Shown: piece after piece, positions 19,639 to 29,185 of the stretch
How the letters are laid out: each line of letters opens with the position of its first letter
How positions within the stretch are numbered: the stretch's first letter is position 1
Assembly: GCA_044229845.1 (NCBI GenBank)
Contig: JBGASG010000002.1
Location: forward strand, 480,001-544,000
From: Candidatus Obscuribacteraceae bacterium
GTDB taxonomy: Bacteria; Cyanobacteriota; Vampirovibrionia; Obscuribacterales; Obscuribacteraceae
DNA length: 64,000 bases
Direction: 5' to 3'
Position numbers and translations under genes: made by a program
Notes under the pieces: model-generated
Database searches by the model: none
The model's input: only the letters and a program-made list of their open reading frames with translations
Told to the model about the DNA's origin: nothing

Positions 19639-20241
19639 GTGATTGTCACTGAATTCGGCCCCATAGCTCAAATAGAGTTGCCGCAGCATTGGCAGGAAAA
19701 ACCTGCCAGAGTTACGGACATGCCGATGCGCTGGCAGCGCAGCTTTGCCCCTCCAGGAATGAAAGAAATTGAGATGTCTCTTTTCTTTCGGGGGCGCAAA
19801 CTGGATGCCGCTGCTGCCAAAGCGTTCAAATCTGTGCTCAAGAAACCATCCCATCCTCTAAAGGAACAGGAATTCAAGGACCTGAGCCGAGTCATGCTGA
19901 ACATGGGTGACAATCAATACGTTGATGCCGAGTTGCGAGGCAGTCGCCCTCCCAACTGCATCATTCAGATGGCTGAAACAGGCTCCATCAACGGCAAGTC
20001 TGTACTGGTGGTTCAGGGGACATTCCAGAACAGCAACAGCGAGCCTATCAACGAGTGCTGCAATGTGTTCGTGGACGGCGAAGGCACCGGAGAGTATGTT
20101 TTCGAGGTTTACATCGTGGTGCCGGCAAAGCTGGGTGCCAGTATCTTCCAGCAACAGCTTGGACTGTTTCGCGGTTCGATTGCCACTATCGAATGGGCAG
20201 ACAGCTTGTTCTTGCCACCATTGATCAACTTCGGCATCTAA
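19639..20241 (+). CDS. Small partner protein of cassette 1 (possible PsbP/Mog1-like fold)
   Basis: 'IELPQHW', 'MGDNQY', 'SINGKSVLVVQG'; paralogous to 35145..35978. Confidence 0.65.
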   Translation: MIVTEFGPIAQIELPQHWQEKPARVTDMPMRWQRSFAPPGMKEIEMSLFFRGRKLDAAAAKAFKSVLKKPSHPLKEQEFKDLSRVMLNMGDNQYVDAELRGSRPPNCIIQMAETGSINGKSVLVVQGTFQNSNSEPINECCNVFVDGEGTGEYVFEVYIVVPAKLGASIFQQQLGLFRGSIATIEWADSLFLPPLINFGI

Positions 20242-20379
20242 TTACATGATGCTCGCGCAAGCTACGCCTCTGTCGTGATGGGGCAGAGGTGGGACTTCCA
20301 CGATTGACGCTGCGCCTGCTTCGTTGCTTAATAGGCGCAGGGCAAAGGCTATCGGCTCTTCACCACAGTGGAGTCGCAA

Positions 20380-21309
20380 ATGCCCCCTTTAGATGGTTAT
20401 CAATACGCAGGCGAATCCGAAACCGGTCGCCCAGGAAGTCCCAGTTCAACGCGAGTCAATCCTGACGTCGATGCATATTTGCAGTGTGTCGGTGATGGAT
20501 GGGGACCGCGCGGAACAGTGCCACCCCCACCTGTGCCGCAACCATACGTGTCTGAGCCTTACATACCTCAGCCCTACGTGCCGCGTCCGTCGGTAAAGCC
20601 ACCTCAATTCGATCCCCACGGACCGGAAAGATATATTCCGCCACGCGTCGTTCGTCCAAATCCGCGCATTCAATATCCCAGTCCCGTTCCCGGCGAGACT
20701 TATCCCGTCATGCCCGAACCAGGTGGCTGCCCGACTGTGCGGTATCCCCGCAACGTCAGACCATCGGACTATCCACCCGGCTCTTATCCACCCGGTCCTT
20801 ATCCAACCACGGACTACTATCCGCCCGGTCCAACCATTCCCGGCGGCTGTCCGACGGACTACTATCCGCCCGGTCCAACCATTCCCGGCGGCTGTCCGAC
20901 GGACTATTATCCGCCCGGTCCAACCATTCCCGGCGGCTGTCCATCGGACTACTACCCGCCAGGCACCTATTATCCCGGCGGTCGATATCCCGGACGCTAT
21001 CCGCAAACGCCCGGACTAAACATTCGTGTCCCTGGAATTGGCAATATTGGCATTCCCATCGGTGGTGGCGGCGGCTGCCATCCCGGCGGCGGCGGGTTTT
21101 ATCCTGGCGGCGGGTTCTATCCCGGTGGCGGTGGATTCTATCCGGGCGGCGGTGGCATCAGCATCGGCAATCGCAACCTGCAGATTCGCATACCGACAGG
21201 CGGCAGCGGCATCCACTTCAATAGCGGTCACTCGCAAATTCGCTATCCGCACCAGAACGGCTTGCGCACGCAGATTCGCTATCCGCACAGATCATCGTGC
21301 CACCGCTAA
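20380..21309 (+). CDS. Low-complexity Pro/Gly/Tyr/Cys repeat protein
   Basis: (TDYYPPGPTIPGGCP)x3, (GGGFYP)x3, (QIRYPH)x2; GGAG upstream. Confidence 0.7.
   Translation: MPPLDGYQYAGESETGRPGSPSSTRVNPDVDAYLQCVGDGWGPRGTVPPPPVPQPYVSEPYIPQPYVPRPSVKPPQFDPHGPERYIPPRVVRPNPRIQYPSPVPGETYPVMPEPGGCPTVRYPRNVRPSDYPPGSYPPGPYPTTDYYPPGPTIPGGCPTDYYPPGPTIPGGCPTDYYPPGPTIPGGCPSDYYPPGTYYPGGRYPGRYPQTPGLNIRVPGIGNIGIPIGGGGGCHPGGGGFYPGGGFYPGGGGFYPGGGGISIGNRNLQIRIPTGGSGIHFNSGHSQIRYPHQNGLRTQIRYPHRSSCHR
20809..20964 (+). repeat. 45-bp tandem repeat, 3 copies plus a partial one
   Basis: ACGGACTACTATCCGCCCGGTCCAACCATTCCCGGCGGCTGTCCG units at 20809, 20854, 20899. Confidence 0.95.
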
Positions 21310-21336
21310 CGGTGGCGCGTTTACAAACCACAAAAA

Positions 21337-23064
21337 CTAGTTGCGAATGCGCTTCAGCGACTTCGGCTGCTTTAAGACCGGCTTGGGCGGCTCGGGAGGA
21401 GGCGTCTCGATGACGGGCGGCGGTTTGTCCTTCAACTGCTCGAGTTCTTGAGTGCGCGCCTTCAGCTCTGACTCGAGCTGACCAACGCGACCACTCAGCT
21501 GCTCGACCTTGCCGACCAGGAGTTCAACCAGCTTCACCAGATCGCTGACCGATCGCATGTTGGCCGGCATCGACTGAATTCGCTCAGCCACCGCGACTTC
21601 CAGTGCGCTGCCTTTATGCTGGTGACTTTCCATCATCACCAACCCGTTGTCACCGCCATTTTCCTCGGGACTTTCGGAGGTTTCTTTGGCAGGCGTGGCT
21701 TCGGTGTTCTTGTTCTTGAGCATCTCTTCCAGCGCTTCGAGACCGGGATCCGGTGTGGCTCCGGCAGCCATCGCTGCAGCAGCCTCGGCGTCGGTCATGG
21801 GCAATTCACCGGCTTCCGGAGTGAGGTTGTCCTCGAAGGAAATTGAAGATTCCGGGGCGGGAGGCGGCGCTTCGGCAGGAATTTCCGCAGGCGCTTCGGC
21901 AGGAATTTCCGCAGGCGCTTCGGCAGGAATTTCCGCAGGCGGGGGAGGCAGCGCATCTTCGGACACAGGCGGCTCTTCAGGTGCCGGCGTCTCCACATCT
22001 AGCACAGGTGGTGCGTCTTCGGGCGCTGGGGTTTCCGCTTCTGCCGCAGATTTTTCCTCAGCAGTGGGCGCAGTTTCTGCTTTGGCTGCCTGAGCCGCCG
22101 GCGCGCTCTTCGCCGGTTTCTGACCGTCTGCCCCAACGCCCTGATCGCCGCGGAAAAGGCCCAGAGCTTCCGCACGTTCTTCCGGCGTTCCTTTGACCTC
22201 GGCGAAGGCCTCATCGAATGTCAAATCAGAGGCATGAATGCGCCGCAGCAGTTCGGCGGCTTCCAGCGGTGTCAACTCGCCGCTGGTAATCAGCTTTTGC
22301 GCTCGCAAGCCCTGTTCGAGCGTGGAGCGCGTCACCTTGTGCGTGCGCACAAGAGTTTCTCCAATTGGCTCGTCAGTGAAAAGACTGCGTTCAACTGCTT
22401 CCAGAAGATCCAGCTCGCTGACTTGCCGAGCCAGAACCAGCAACTCCCCGATGCGCAATGTGTGCATCGGTTGAATGCGTAGATAATTCGAGTAGTCGGA
22501 TGGCGAATCGGTCGAGGCGCGCTTACTGGCTGCCTTTTTCAGGGCATCGATTGCTTGCTCGCGGCTCAGCAATCCATCACGCAGCATCATCTGAGTCGTG
22601 ATTGCCGTATAGGCAAGGTGGTTGCTGATTACGCCTTTGAGCACAAGGATCCGCGCCATGGGCAAGCCGGTCGTGTAGAAAGCTTCCAGGGCCTCTTCCA
22701 GCACCGGTTGTGTAACCATCTGCGCGTCCAGAAGCAACTGCCCCAGACGATTGGTCAGCTCATAGCTTTCGGACTTCCAGCCCAGCTCTTCCAGGGCTTC
22801 ATACAGCGTCGTGCCGTCGATGCGCACCTTGCGCATAGCTTGTAGCGCCATGTCGTTGCTCAACAGGCGATCGCGCAACAAAGATTGGGCGAAGAGCGTG
22901 GCTTGCAATTCGGCGTCCGAGATTGATTTAGAACCAACCAGCACACGCCCTACTGGCAATCCGGTCTTGGCGGCGATCGGCAGCGCGTCCGCTACTTCCT
23001 CAAACGAAGCAAAGCCCGCCTGGACCAACAAGTCTCCGATAAAAATGTCGCCTTTATTGACCAT
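21337..23064 (-). CDS. Multi-MshEN-like repeat protein with acidic Pro-rich linker and coiled coil
   Basis: 'FIGDLLVQAG', 'PVGRVLV', 'RLGQLLLDAQMVT', 'LRIGELLVLA', 'PIGETLV'. Confidence 0.7.
   Translation of the reverse strand: MVNKGDIFIGDLLVQAGFASFEEVADALPIAAKTGLPVGRVLVGSKSISDAELQATLFAQSLLRDRLLSNDMALQAMRKVRIDGTTLYEALEELGWKSESYELTNRLGQLLLDAQMVTQPVLEEALEAFYTTGLPMARILVLKGVISNHLAYTAITTQMMLRDGLLSREQAIDALKKAASKRASTDSPSDYSNYLRIQPMHTLRIGELLVLARQVSELDLLEAVERSLFTDEPIGETLVRTHKVTRSTLEQGLRAQKLITSGELTPLEAAELLRRIHASDLTFDEAFAEVKGTPEERAEALGLFRGDQGVGADGQKPAKSAPAAQAAKAETAPTAEEKSAAEAETPAPEDAPPVLDVETPAPEEPPVSEDALPPPPAEIPAEAPAEIPAEAPAEIPAEAPPPAPESSISFEDNLTPEAGELPMTDAEAAAAMAAGATPDPGLEALEEMLKNKNTEATPAKETSESPEENGGDNGLVMMESHQHKGSALEVAVAERIQSMPANMRSVSDLVKLVELLVGKVEQLSGRVGQLESELKARTQELEQLKDKPPPVIETPPPEPPKPVLKQPKSLKRIRN
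21866..21941. repeat. 24-bp tandem repeat x3 encoding PAEIPAEA
   Basis: GGCGCTTCGGCAGGAATTTCCGCA x3. Confidence 0.95.
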
Positions 23065-23214
23065 ATTATTCGTCTAAGACCGAGCGTCTAACGCTAATCT
23101 ACCCGACAGAACATGAAGATATACTGCTGACAAGATTCTTGTAACCGGGTTAAACATCCAGGCAGAATTGGCACAAACATTATGTAGTGGACACTTCAGG
23201 CAGGACTCTCTGGC

Positions 23215-24417
23215 ATGTGGCGGCGCCTGGCATCAGTCCTTGTTTTGACTTTATTGGTCGGTTGGGCCTGGGTCCCGTCCGTCCACGCCGGGTCGGACGG
23301 CGCCGTTGTCACCATGGAATCCAACCGCCTGCAGCCGGGAATCGACCTCTATTCCTCGCGCAGCTACAATGCCGCAGCACAGTATTTTGAAAAATCAGTG
23401 CGCGCCGATCCCCGCAATCCCACAGCCTATTACTACTCAGCAATGTGTTTCTCCCAACTCGGTCAAAACGATCGAGCCCGGGAAACCTATGAGTTGATTG
23501 TCAAATACTTCCCGGGCAGCCCGGAAGCCAAAAACGCCGGTATTGCCCTGCGCGGCATGCCGAGCGCCACTCCCGCCGCTGACACCGCTACTGGTGCCAA
23601 GAAAAGCGGCATCGCAAATGGTGGCAATGACCATCCAGGCGATGTTCTGCCAGATTCGGACGCCGTTCCGTTCACGCGGGTGGGCGGCACGATATATGTC
23701 AATGCCATCGTCAATGGCCGCCCGATCCGGATGATTTTTGACACCGGCGCCGATCATGTGCAGATCGGTCTCAATCACATCAGCACACTGCAAGCCGCAG
23801 CTCAAGCCGGTCGACAAACAAAGGTGCAGGGCGTGGGCGGATTGTCGGATGTCTCGGAAGCCAACGCGCAGATCACACTTGGAAAAATCACGCGCACCTG
23901 CCCCATTTTGATTCAGGATAAGATGCGGACAGAGCCTCTGCTCGGACAGACGTTTTTTCAGCAGTACCTGTGCCAGTTCGACAACGGGGCCGGTTTGATT
24001 CGCTTCTACAGGCGCAGTTCCGCTCGCGACTACAATGCAGGCTATGACACAATAGAAGTGCCCTACTCGCAAAGCGGCAACAATTTGGTCGTATACCCGA
24101 AAATCATGGTCGGCGGCGAAACGTACACAGTGCCGATGTTTCTTGATACCGGCGCCGAGCGCACAATGATCTCGCGACTGATGTTGCCCGTCTCCATTCC
24201 TCAGGACGCCAGATTATACCGAGTGAGCGGCATCAGCGGCAGCGAGACTGTCGTCGAGGTGCCAGTCCAAAAGCTGGAGCTGGGCACCATCAGCAAGGTC
24301 GGCATGAAGGTTTTGATGTCGGGCGGCATGATCAATCTGCTCGGGCAAGACTTTTTCGGCGACCGCAAATACACCGTCGATCCGGAGAAGAAAGTAATCA
24401 GATTCAGCAGAAACTAG
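23215..24417 (+). CDS. Exported TPR protein with two retropepsin-like aspartyl protease domains
   Basis: Signal peptide, TPRs, 'MIFDTGA...LLGQTF' and 'MFLDTGA...LLGQDF'. Confidence 0.85.
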   Translation: MWRRLASVLVLTLLVGWAWVPSVHAGSDGAVVTMESNRLQPGIDLYSSRSYNAAAQYFEKSVRADPRNPTAYYYSAMCFSQLGQNDRARETYELIVKYFPGSPEAKNAGIALRGMPSATPAADTATGAKKSGIANGGNDHPGDVLPDSDAVPFTRVGGTIYVNAIVNGRPIRMIFDTGADHVQIGLNHISTLQAAAQAGRQTKVQGVGGLSDVSEANAQITLGKITRTCPILIQDKMRTEPLLGQTFFQQYLCQFDNGAGLIRFYRRSSARDYNAGYDTIEVPYSQSGNNLVVYPKIMVGGETYTVPMFLDTGAERTMISRLMLPVSIPQDARLYRVSGISGSETVVEVPVQKLELGTISKVGMKVLMSGGMINLLGQDFFGDRKYTVDPEKKVIRFSRN

Positions 24418-24606
24418 GCAAGGCAGCCAGTTTTGAGTCCGGCGCCTGTCGCACGCCCGCCCGGCTGGCACCGTCGATTTGCAGTATGATGTGAACTTAG
24501 CGATCGACTTGACAACAGACTTCCCCTTAAAGTCCTGCGCGTTTTTGAACAAAAAGGTGTCGGAATTTGGTATCGTTCAGCAATTCCTTCTCAAGCAGCC
24601 GCAGGG

Positions 24607-26805
24607 ATGACCCCTAGATTAACAGCCCAGATTGCAGGCGCCCTGGCCGCCGCGGCTCTCATCTTTGCACCATATGCGGTGGCAGAGAGCCACTCCGTTG
24701 CACCAAAGCCTGAGGCGTCCGCCGCTCGCATCGCGGCTCCGGCCAAGATGGAAAAGTTTGCGCTGCTGGTCGGCATCGACAATTACAAAGACGTCAACAA
24801 GCTCGAAGGTTGCGTCAACGACGTCACAGAAATGAAACAGACGCTGGTGGATATCTATAAGTTTGCCGATGACGGCAAGCACATCAAGGTGCTCACCAAT
24901 GAGAAGGCTACCCGGGCGGCCATCCTCAATGCGTTCAAAGAGCATCTGATAGCCAATGCTAAAGCCCATCCGAATGCAGTGATCGTCTTTCAGTATTCCG
25001 GGCACGGGTCTCAAACCAAAGACACGAATCAAGACGAGCAAGACGGGCTGGACGAAACCTTCGTAGCCTACGACAGCCGCAGCACCGACTACGACCTCAA
25101 TGACGATGTAATCGGTGAACTTTGCGATGAATTGAGTGAGTACACCAACAATATCGTTTTCATCGTGGATGCCTGCCACTCCGGCACCGCGACGCGTGAT
25201 TTCGCCGCTCTCAAAGACGGTGGGTCCGTGCGCCAGGTGTCCATGGACGAACGACCTCAGCCCCCGCAGCCCAAGAATCAGCACAAGCCTGCTCTGGAGC
25301 AGAGCAGTGAGGTTTTGCCGCGCGGCAAGTACGTCACCTTCTCCGGATGCTTACCGAATGAACTGTCGCAAGAAGTGATACTGGTCATGAGGGACGGCAC
25401 AGAAAAACATCACGGACGGATGACCTTTCATTTGCTGGGAGCAATGCGCAAGCTTGGTCCAACCGCCTCCTACCGTCAGCTCTGGGAGCTGGTCGACAAA
25501 GAGGTAACCTCAGAGACTGCCCGTCAGCATCCACAAGTCGAAGGCGAGATCGACCGCATCGCGTTCAACTCTCCCATCGCCGCATCGGATCCTTATATGA
25601 CCATCCAAAAGATGGAAGGCGACGTGATCACCGTCAACGGTGGCAAAGTGCACGGCTTCGCCCCCGGCGGTGTGCTGGCAATCTACAAGCCCGAAGCACT
25701 GCGCCTGAGCGGCACAGCCAATCTGCTGGGCTCGGCCACGGTCGTGAAAGTCGACGACTTCTCCAGCCAGGCCAGACTTTCTTCGGCACTGAGCGCCGCC
25801 AATCTCAAAGATGCCAAAGTGGTTGTCGCCACGCGCGGCTTTGGCAACAATCCACTGCGCATCGCTGTCTCCGAAACCACCGCAGAGCCGCCGTCGACCA
25901 CTCAGCCGCGCGATGAGCACCGGATGTCCGAAGCAAGGCTATTGGGACAAGTAGCGACGGAGCTGCACAAGAATCCGATTTTGCAAGTCACCAATGCTGG
26001 TGCAGACCCACTGCAAGGCAAGACCGACACCTGGGACATCGCTCTGGTGGCACGCGTAAATCCCGACAATGGACGCACGCCGACCAGCGCTCCGGAAGTG
26101 GTTTCACTTCTCGCTCGCGACGGCTCGGTGATCGCCAACGTTCCGGTGCGCGGGCAACAAGCGGACGACGTCGACCGCATCATGCAGGTGCTGGAGTCCA
26201 GAGCTCGGCAGAGATCTGTGCTGGCTCTTTCCAATGCCACCTCTCCCCTGAACAACAGCTTTAAGGTCGTGATTTTCAAAATGGACGGCACAAGTGGTAC
26301 CGACGATTTCGATCACGGCAATCCGGTCATGCGCATCGGAGAGAGAATCAAGCTGCTGGTGAAAAACAATGCCACCAGAAGTCTTTATTTCACCATTCTG
26401 GCGCTTGGCTCCAGCGGCAGCATTGCTGTCATTCATCCGCCCAAAGGTGCACAAGAGCCGGTCACTGCCGGCACCCAGTTCAGCACCCGCCCGATTGTCA
26501 TCGGCGGTCCGCCCGGAACCGAGGCATTTAAATTCATCGTCACCACCAAGCCCACCGACTTTCGGTTTCTCGAACAGGGCGCTGTTTCCCTGACTCGCGA
26601 CTTAGGCGCGGATGAGGGTGACGAAAGCACGGTAAAATCGCTACTCCAGCAGTATGCCGTCGGCAGCACCAAGCGTGACCTGGTTTACAAGGAAACCACC
26701 CTCGACGACTGGGCGGCCGAAACGTTTCAGTTCAACATCAGAGAACCGGTAGCAGCGGTTCAGGCGACCGACTCAAAATCTATACTGGAAGCAAAAGACA
26801 AGTAA
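24607..26805 (+). CDS. Exported caspase-family (peptidase C14) protein with C-terminal DUF4384-like domain
   Basis: Signal peptide; 'ALLVGIDNY', 'LEGCVNDV', 'YSGHG', 'DACHSG' His-Cys dyad. Confidence 0.88.
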   Translation: MTPRLTAQIAGALAAAALIFAPYAVAESHSVAPKPEASAARIAAPAKMEKFALLVGIDNYKDVNKLEGCVNDVTEMKQTLVDIYKFADDGKHIKVLTNEKATRAAILNAFKEHLIANAKAHPNAVIVFQYSGHGSQTKDTNQDEQDGLDETFVAYDSRSTDYDLNDDVIGELCDELSEYTNNIVFIVDACHSGTATRDFAALKDGGSVRQVSMDERPQPPQPKNQHKPALEQSSEVLPRGKYVTFSGCLPNELSQEVILVMRDGTEKHHGRMTFHLLGAMRKLGPTASYRQLWELVDKEVTSETARQHPQVEGEIDRIAFNSPIAASDPYMTIQKMEGDVITVNGGKVHGFAPGGVLAIYKPEALRLSGTANLLGSATVVKVDDFSSQARLSSALSAANLKDAKVVVATRGFGNNPLRIAVSETTAEPPSTTQPRDEHRMSEARLLGQVATELHKNPILQVTNAGADPLQGKTDTWDIALVARVNPDNGRTPTSAPEVVSLLARDGSVIANVPVRGQQADDVDRIMQVLESRARQRSVLALSNATSPLNNSFKVVIFKMDGTSGTDDFDHGNPVMRIGERIKLLVKNNATRSLYFTILALGSSGSIAVIHPPKGAQEPVTAGTQFSTRPIVIGGPPGTEAFKFIVTTKPTDFRFLEQGAVSLTRDLGADEGDESTVKSLLQQYAVGSTKRDLVYKETTLDDWAAETFQFNIREPVAAVQATDSKSILEAKDK
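24668..24681. repeat. Dispersed 14-bp quasi-palindrome copy
   Basis: CACCATATGCGGTG, intragenic. Confidence 0.8.
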
Positions 26806-26821
26806 ATTCGGAGGTAAGACA

Positions 26822-27673
26822 ATGCAACTCAGCAGAAGCTGGCAGATAAAAGGGGCACTGCTCATGGTGGCGTCCCTGGCGTCGCTTTCGCTACCGGCGA
26901 TGGCCGACAAGGACGCAGACAAAGGCACAGAGAAGAAGGATACTGGTGCTGCCACCACCACCCGTGAGGTGACGACCGGATCTGAGAAAAGCCTCATGGA
27001 CAAAGCCGATGCTGCCTTCGACTCCGGCGACATGAAGGGAGCAATCGACGGATACTCGCAAATCGTTGCAGCCAATCCGAAGAACGCTGACGCTCTGGCT
27101 AACCGCGGTCTGGCCAAATTCTACGAAAAGGATTATCTGGGTGCCATGGCTGACGCCAATGAAGCCATCAAGTATTCGCCGACCTGGGGTTATCCTTTCT
27201 ATGTACGCGGACGTTGCCAGCTCTCGCTCAACGACTACAAAAAAGCCACCGCCGAATTCACCAAGTGCCTGCAACTGCAAGACTTCAAGAATGCCTATCT
27301 CTATCGCGGTCAGGCCAACTACAAACTCAAAGACTACAGCCCGGCTCTGGCAGATCTCAATCAAGTGATCAACAAAGACGAGAAAAATTGGGACGCCTAT
27401 TACTGGCGTTACTGGGTTTACTCGGCAATTAAGAGCCTTGATGACGCGCGTCAAGACGCTGAAACGCTGGTAAAACTGCAACCCAAATGGGCAGATTCGT
27501 TCCGCTGCCTGGCTTACGTCAATGAAGATCAAGGCAAAGTGCCGGAAGCGATTACGGCCTACAAACAAGCCGCCGAGTTGTACAAAGCAGAAAACGACAC
27601 GGCTGACGAGCAAAAGATGCTGGAAAACATCGCTTATCTCGAGAAAGGTAAGAAGGAAGCATCCACCAAGTAA
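26822..27673 (+). CDS. Exported tetratricopeptide repeat protein
   Basis: Signal peptide, about 6 TPRs; GGAGG RBS. Confidence 0.85.
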   Translation: MQLSRSWQIKGALLMVASLASLSLPAMADKDADKGTEKKDTGAATTTREVTTGSEKSLMDKADAAFDSGDMKGAIDGYSQIVAANPKNADALANRGLAKFYEKDYLGAMADANEAIKYSPTWGYPFYVRGRCQLSLNDYKKATAEFTKCLQLQDFKNAYLYRGQANYKLKDYSPALADLNQVINKDEKNWDAYYWRYWVYSAIKSLDDARQDAETLVKLQPKWADSFRCLAYVNEDQGKVPEAITAYKQAAELYKAENDTADEQKMLENIAYLEKGKKEASTK

Positions 27674-27680
27674 AATCAGC

Positions 27681-27721
27681 GCAACGCCCGTGGTGCAACA
27701 CACTGCGGGCGTTGTTTCTTT
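27681..27721 (+). terminator. Intrinsic terminator
   Basis: 15-bp stem GCAACGCCCGTGGTG / CACTGCGGGCGTTGT followed by TTCTTT. Confidence 0.7.
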
Positions 27722-27744
27722 ACCTACAAAGCCCTGAGGTACGC

Positions 27745-28611
27745 ATGCAAAATCGCAGCCGTTCGGTAATGACGACACTGTCAGCGGTGGCAATTCTGAC
27801 CATCTCGGTCGGCGCCGGGGCGGCTCCGGAGCAAACGAAAACCGCCAAACCGAGTCAAACGACTGCCGCCAAAGGCGGACAAGACCAGTCCAAGCCCAAA
27901 GACGCTCAGTCTGCAGCAAATGCCAACTTCGCCCGCGTGTCGGCCCTGGCCAATCAATACACCAATGGAAACCAGATGGCCGCAGGCATTGCCGAGATGA
28001 GCAAACGGCTGAAGGCGAATCCGCATGATGTCGACGCCTTGCTCTGCAAAGCATTGCTCGAGACTCGCAAACAGGATCGAGCGGCGGCGCTGGCGGATAT
28101 GAACCAGGCGATCAAACAGAAACCCAATCTTTATTATGCTTACCTACTGCGCTCGGTGGTGCAGGAGATGTCCGGCGACATGGACAAGGCGATTGCCGAT
28201 GCTACAAAAGCCTACGAAATCTCGCATTACGACGATGTTGTGCGCGCCCGCGGCGGCATTCAATACCGGGCCAAAAACTACAAAGCCGCAATCGCCGACC
28301 TCTCGAAAGGGCTGGACAAATACAAACCCGATTCCTCGCAGTCCTATCTCTATCTTTACCGGTGCCATTTGCAGCTTAAAGACTGGAAGAACGCTACCCA
28401 GGCCGCCCAGAGCCTGGTCGACATAAATCCCAGGGAAGCGGGACCCTACCAACTTCTCGGCGAAGCCGCCACTCTCTCCGGCGACAGAAAGACCGCCGCC
28501 GGCGCTTATCGGCGTGCTTCGCAGCTGTATCTCAATGAAGGCAACCTGAGCAGCTCGAATGAGATGATGAAGAAAGCCAATACCATGGACCAGAGTTCCA
28601 CGGCTAAGTAA
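27745..28611 (+). CDS. Exported tetratricopeptide repeat protein, similar to neighbour
   Basis: Signal peptide, TPRs; GAGG upstream of ATG 27745. Confidence 0.85.
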   Translation: MQNRSRSVMTTLSAVAILTISVGAGAAPEQTKTAKPSQTTAAKGGQDQSKPKDAQSAANANFARVSALANQYTNGNQMAAGIAEMSKRLKANPHDVDALLCKALLETRKQDRAAALADMNQAIKQKPNLYYAYLLRSVVQEMSGDMDKAIADATKAYEISHYDDVVRARGGIQYRAKNYKAAIADLSKGLDKYKPDSSQSYLYLYRCHLQLKDWKNATQAAQSLVDINPREAGPYQLLGEAATLSGDRKTAAGAYRRASQLYLNEGNLSSSNEMMKKANTMDQSSTAK

Positions 28612-28628
28612 AACAGCGTGCAACCCGT

Positions 28629-29060
28629 TTATTCAGCTATCGGACTTTCGCCCTCTACTCTGATCGCCGGCGGTGGATCGAGCGCGGGCGCAGGCTTTTC
28701 TTTGTGGCGCACCGGCGACTTACCCCAGTCTTCCGTACACCAGAGCAGAAGGTAGACGAGCACAAATTGCAGGGGCAACCGCATCCAGAGTAGGGTCGGC
28801 GAAATCTGCGGAAACTTGCCGGCGCTGGCAGCCATATAAATGTTGACAGGGAAAACCAGGACCAGAAGCACAATCAGGCAGAGAGCGGCGGTGCGCGCCA
28901 CCGGAAATGGTGCGCTGAGCGCCAGACCACCGGCGATTTCCAGGGCGCCGCTGACGTTAATCAACACGCTGTGCCAGGGTAGCCATGGAGGCATGATCTC
29001 TTCGTACACATGCGGCTTCATGAAGTGCATGGCGCCGGCAACAACGAAGAAGATTGCCAT
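28629..29060 (-). CDS. DoxX-like membrane protein
   Basis: 'AGAMHF.KP..Y..IMPPWLP', 'SGALEI', 'VFPVNIYMA', 'LWMRLPLQ'; may start at CTG 29090. Confidence 0.8.
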   Translation of the reverse strand: MAIFFVVAGAMHFMKPHVYEEIMPPWLPWHSVLINVSGALEIAGGLALSAPFPVARTAALCLIVLLVLVFPVNIYMAASAGKFPQISPTLLWMRLPLQFVLVYLLLWCTEDWGKSPVRHKEKPAPALDPPPAIRVEGESPIAE

Positions 29061-29185
29061 AAAGATCCGCAGTATTTTTCTGGATGCCAGTTACCCGCCC
29101 TCTCACATGCTTTTTCCATTCTACACCTTGGGAAAAGGCAGCCCGTCAGACACATGCTTTGAAGGAAATCGTCGATGGCTGTAGA

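Noticed and set aside
20809..21941. 45-bp and 24-bp tandem repeats as CRISPR or mobile elements
   Set aside because: No spacers; unit lengths are multiples of three and in frame within CDS.
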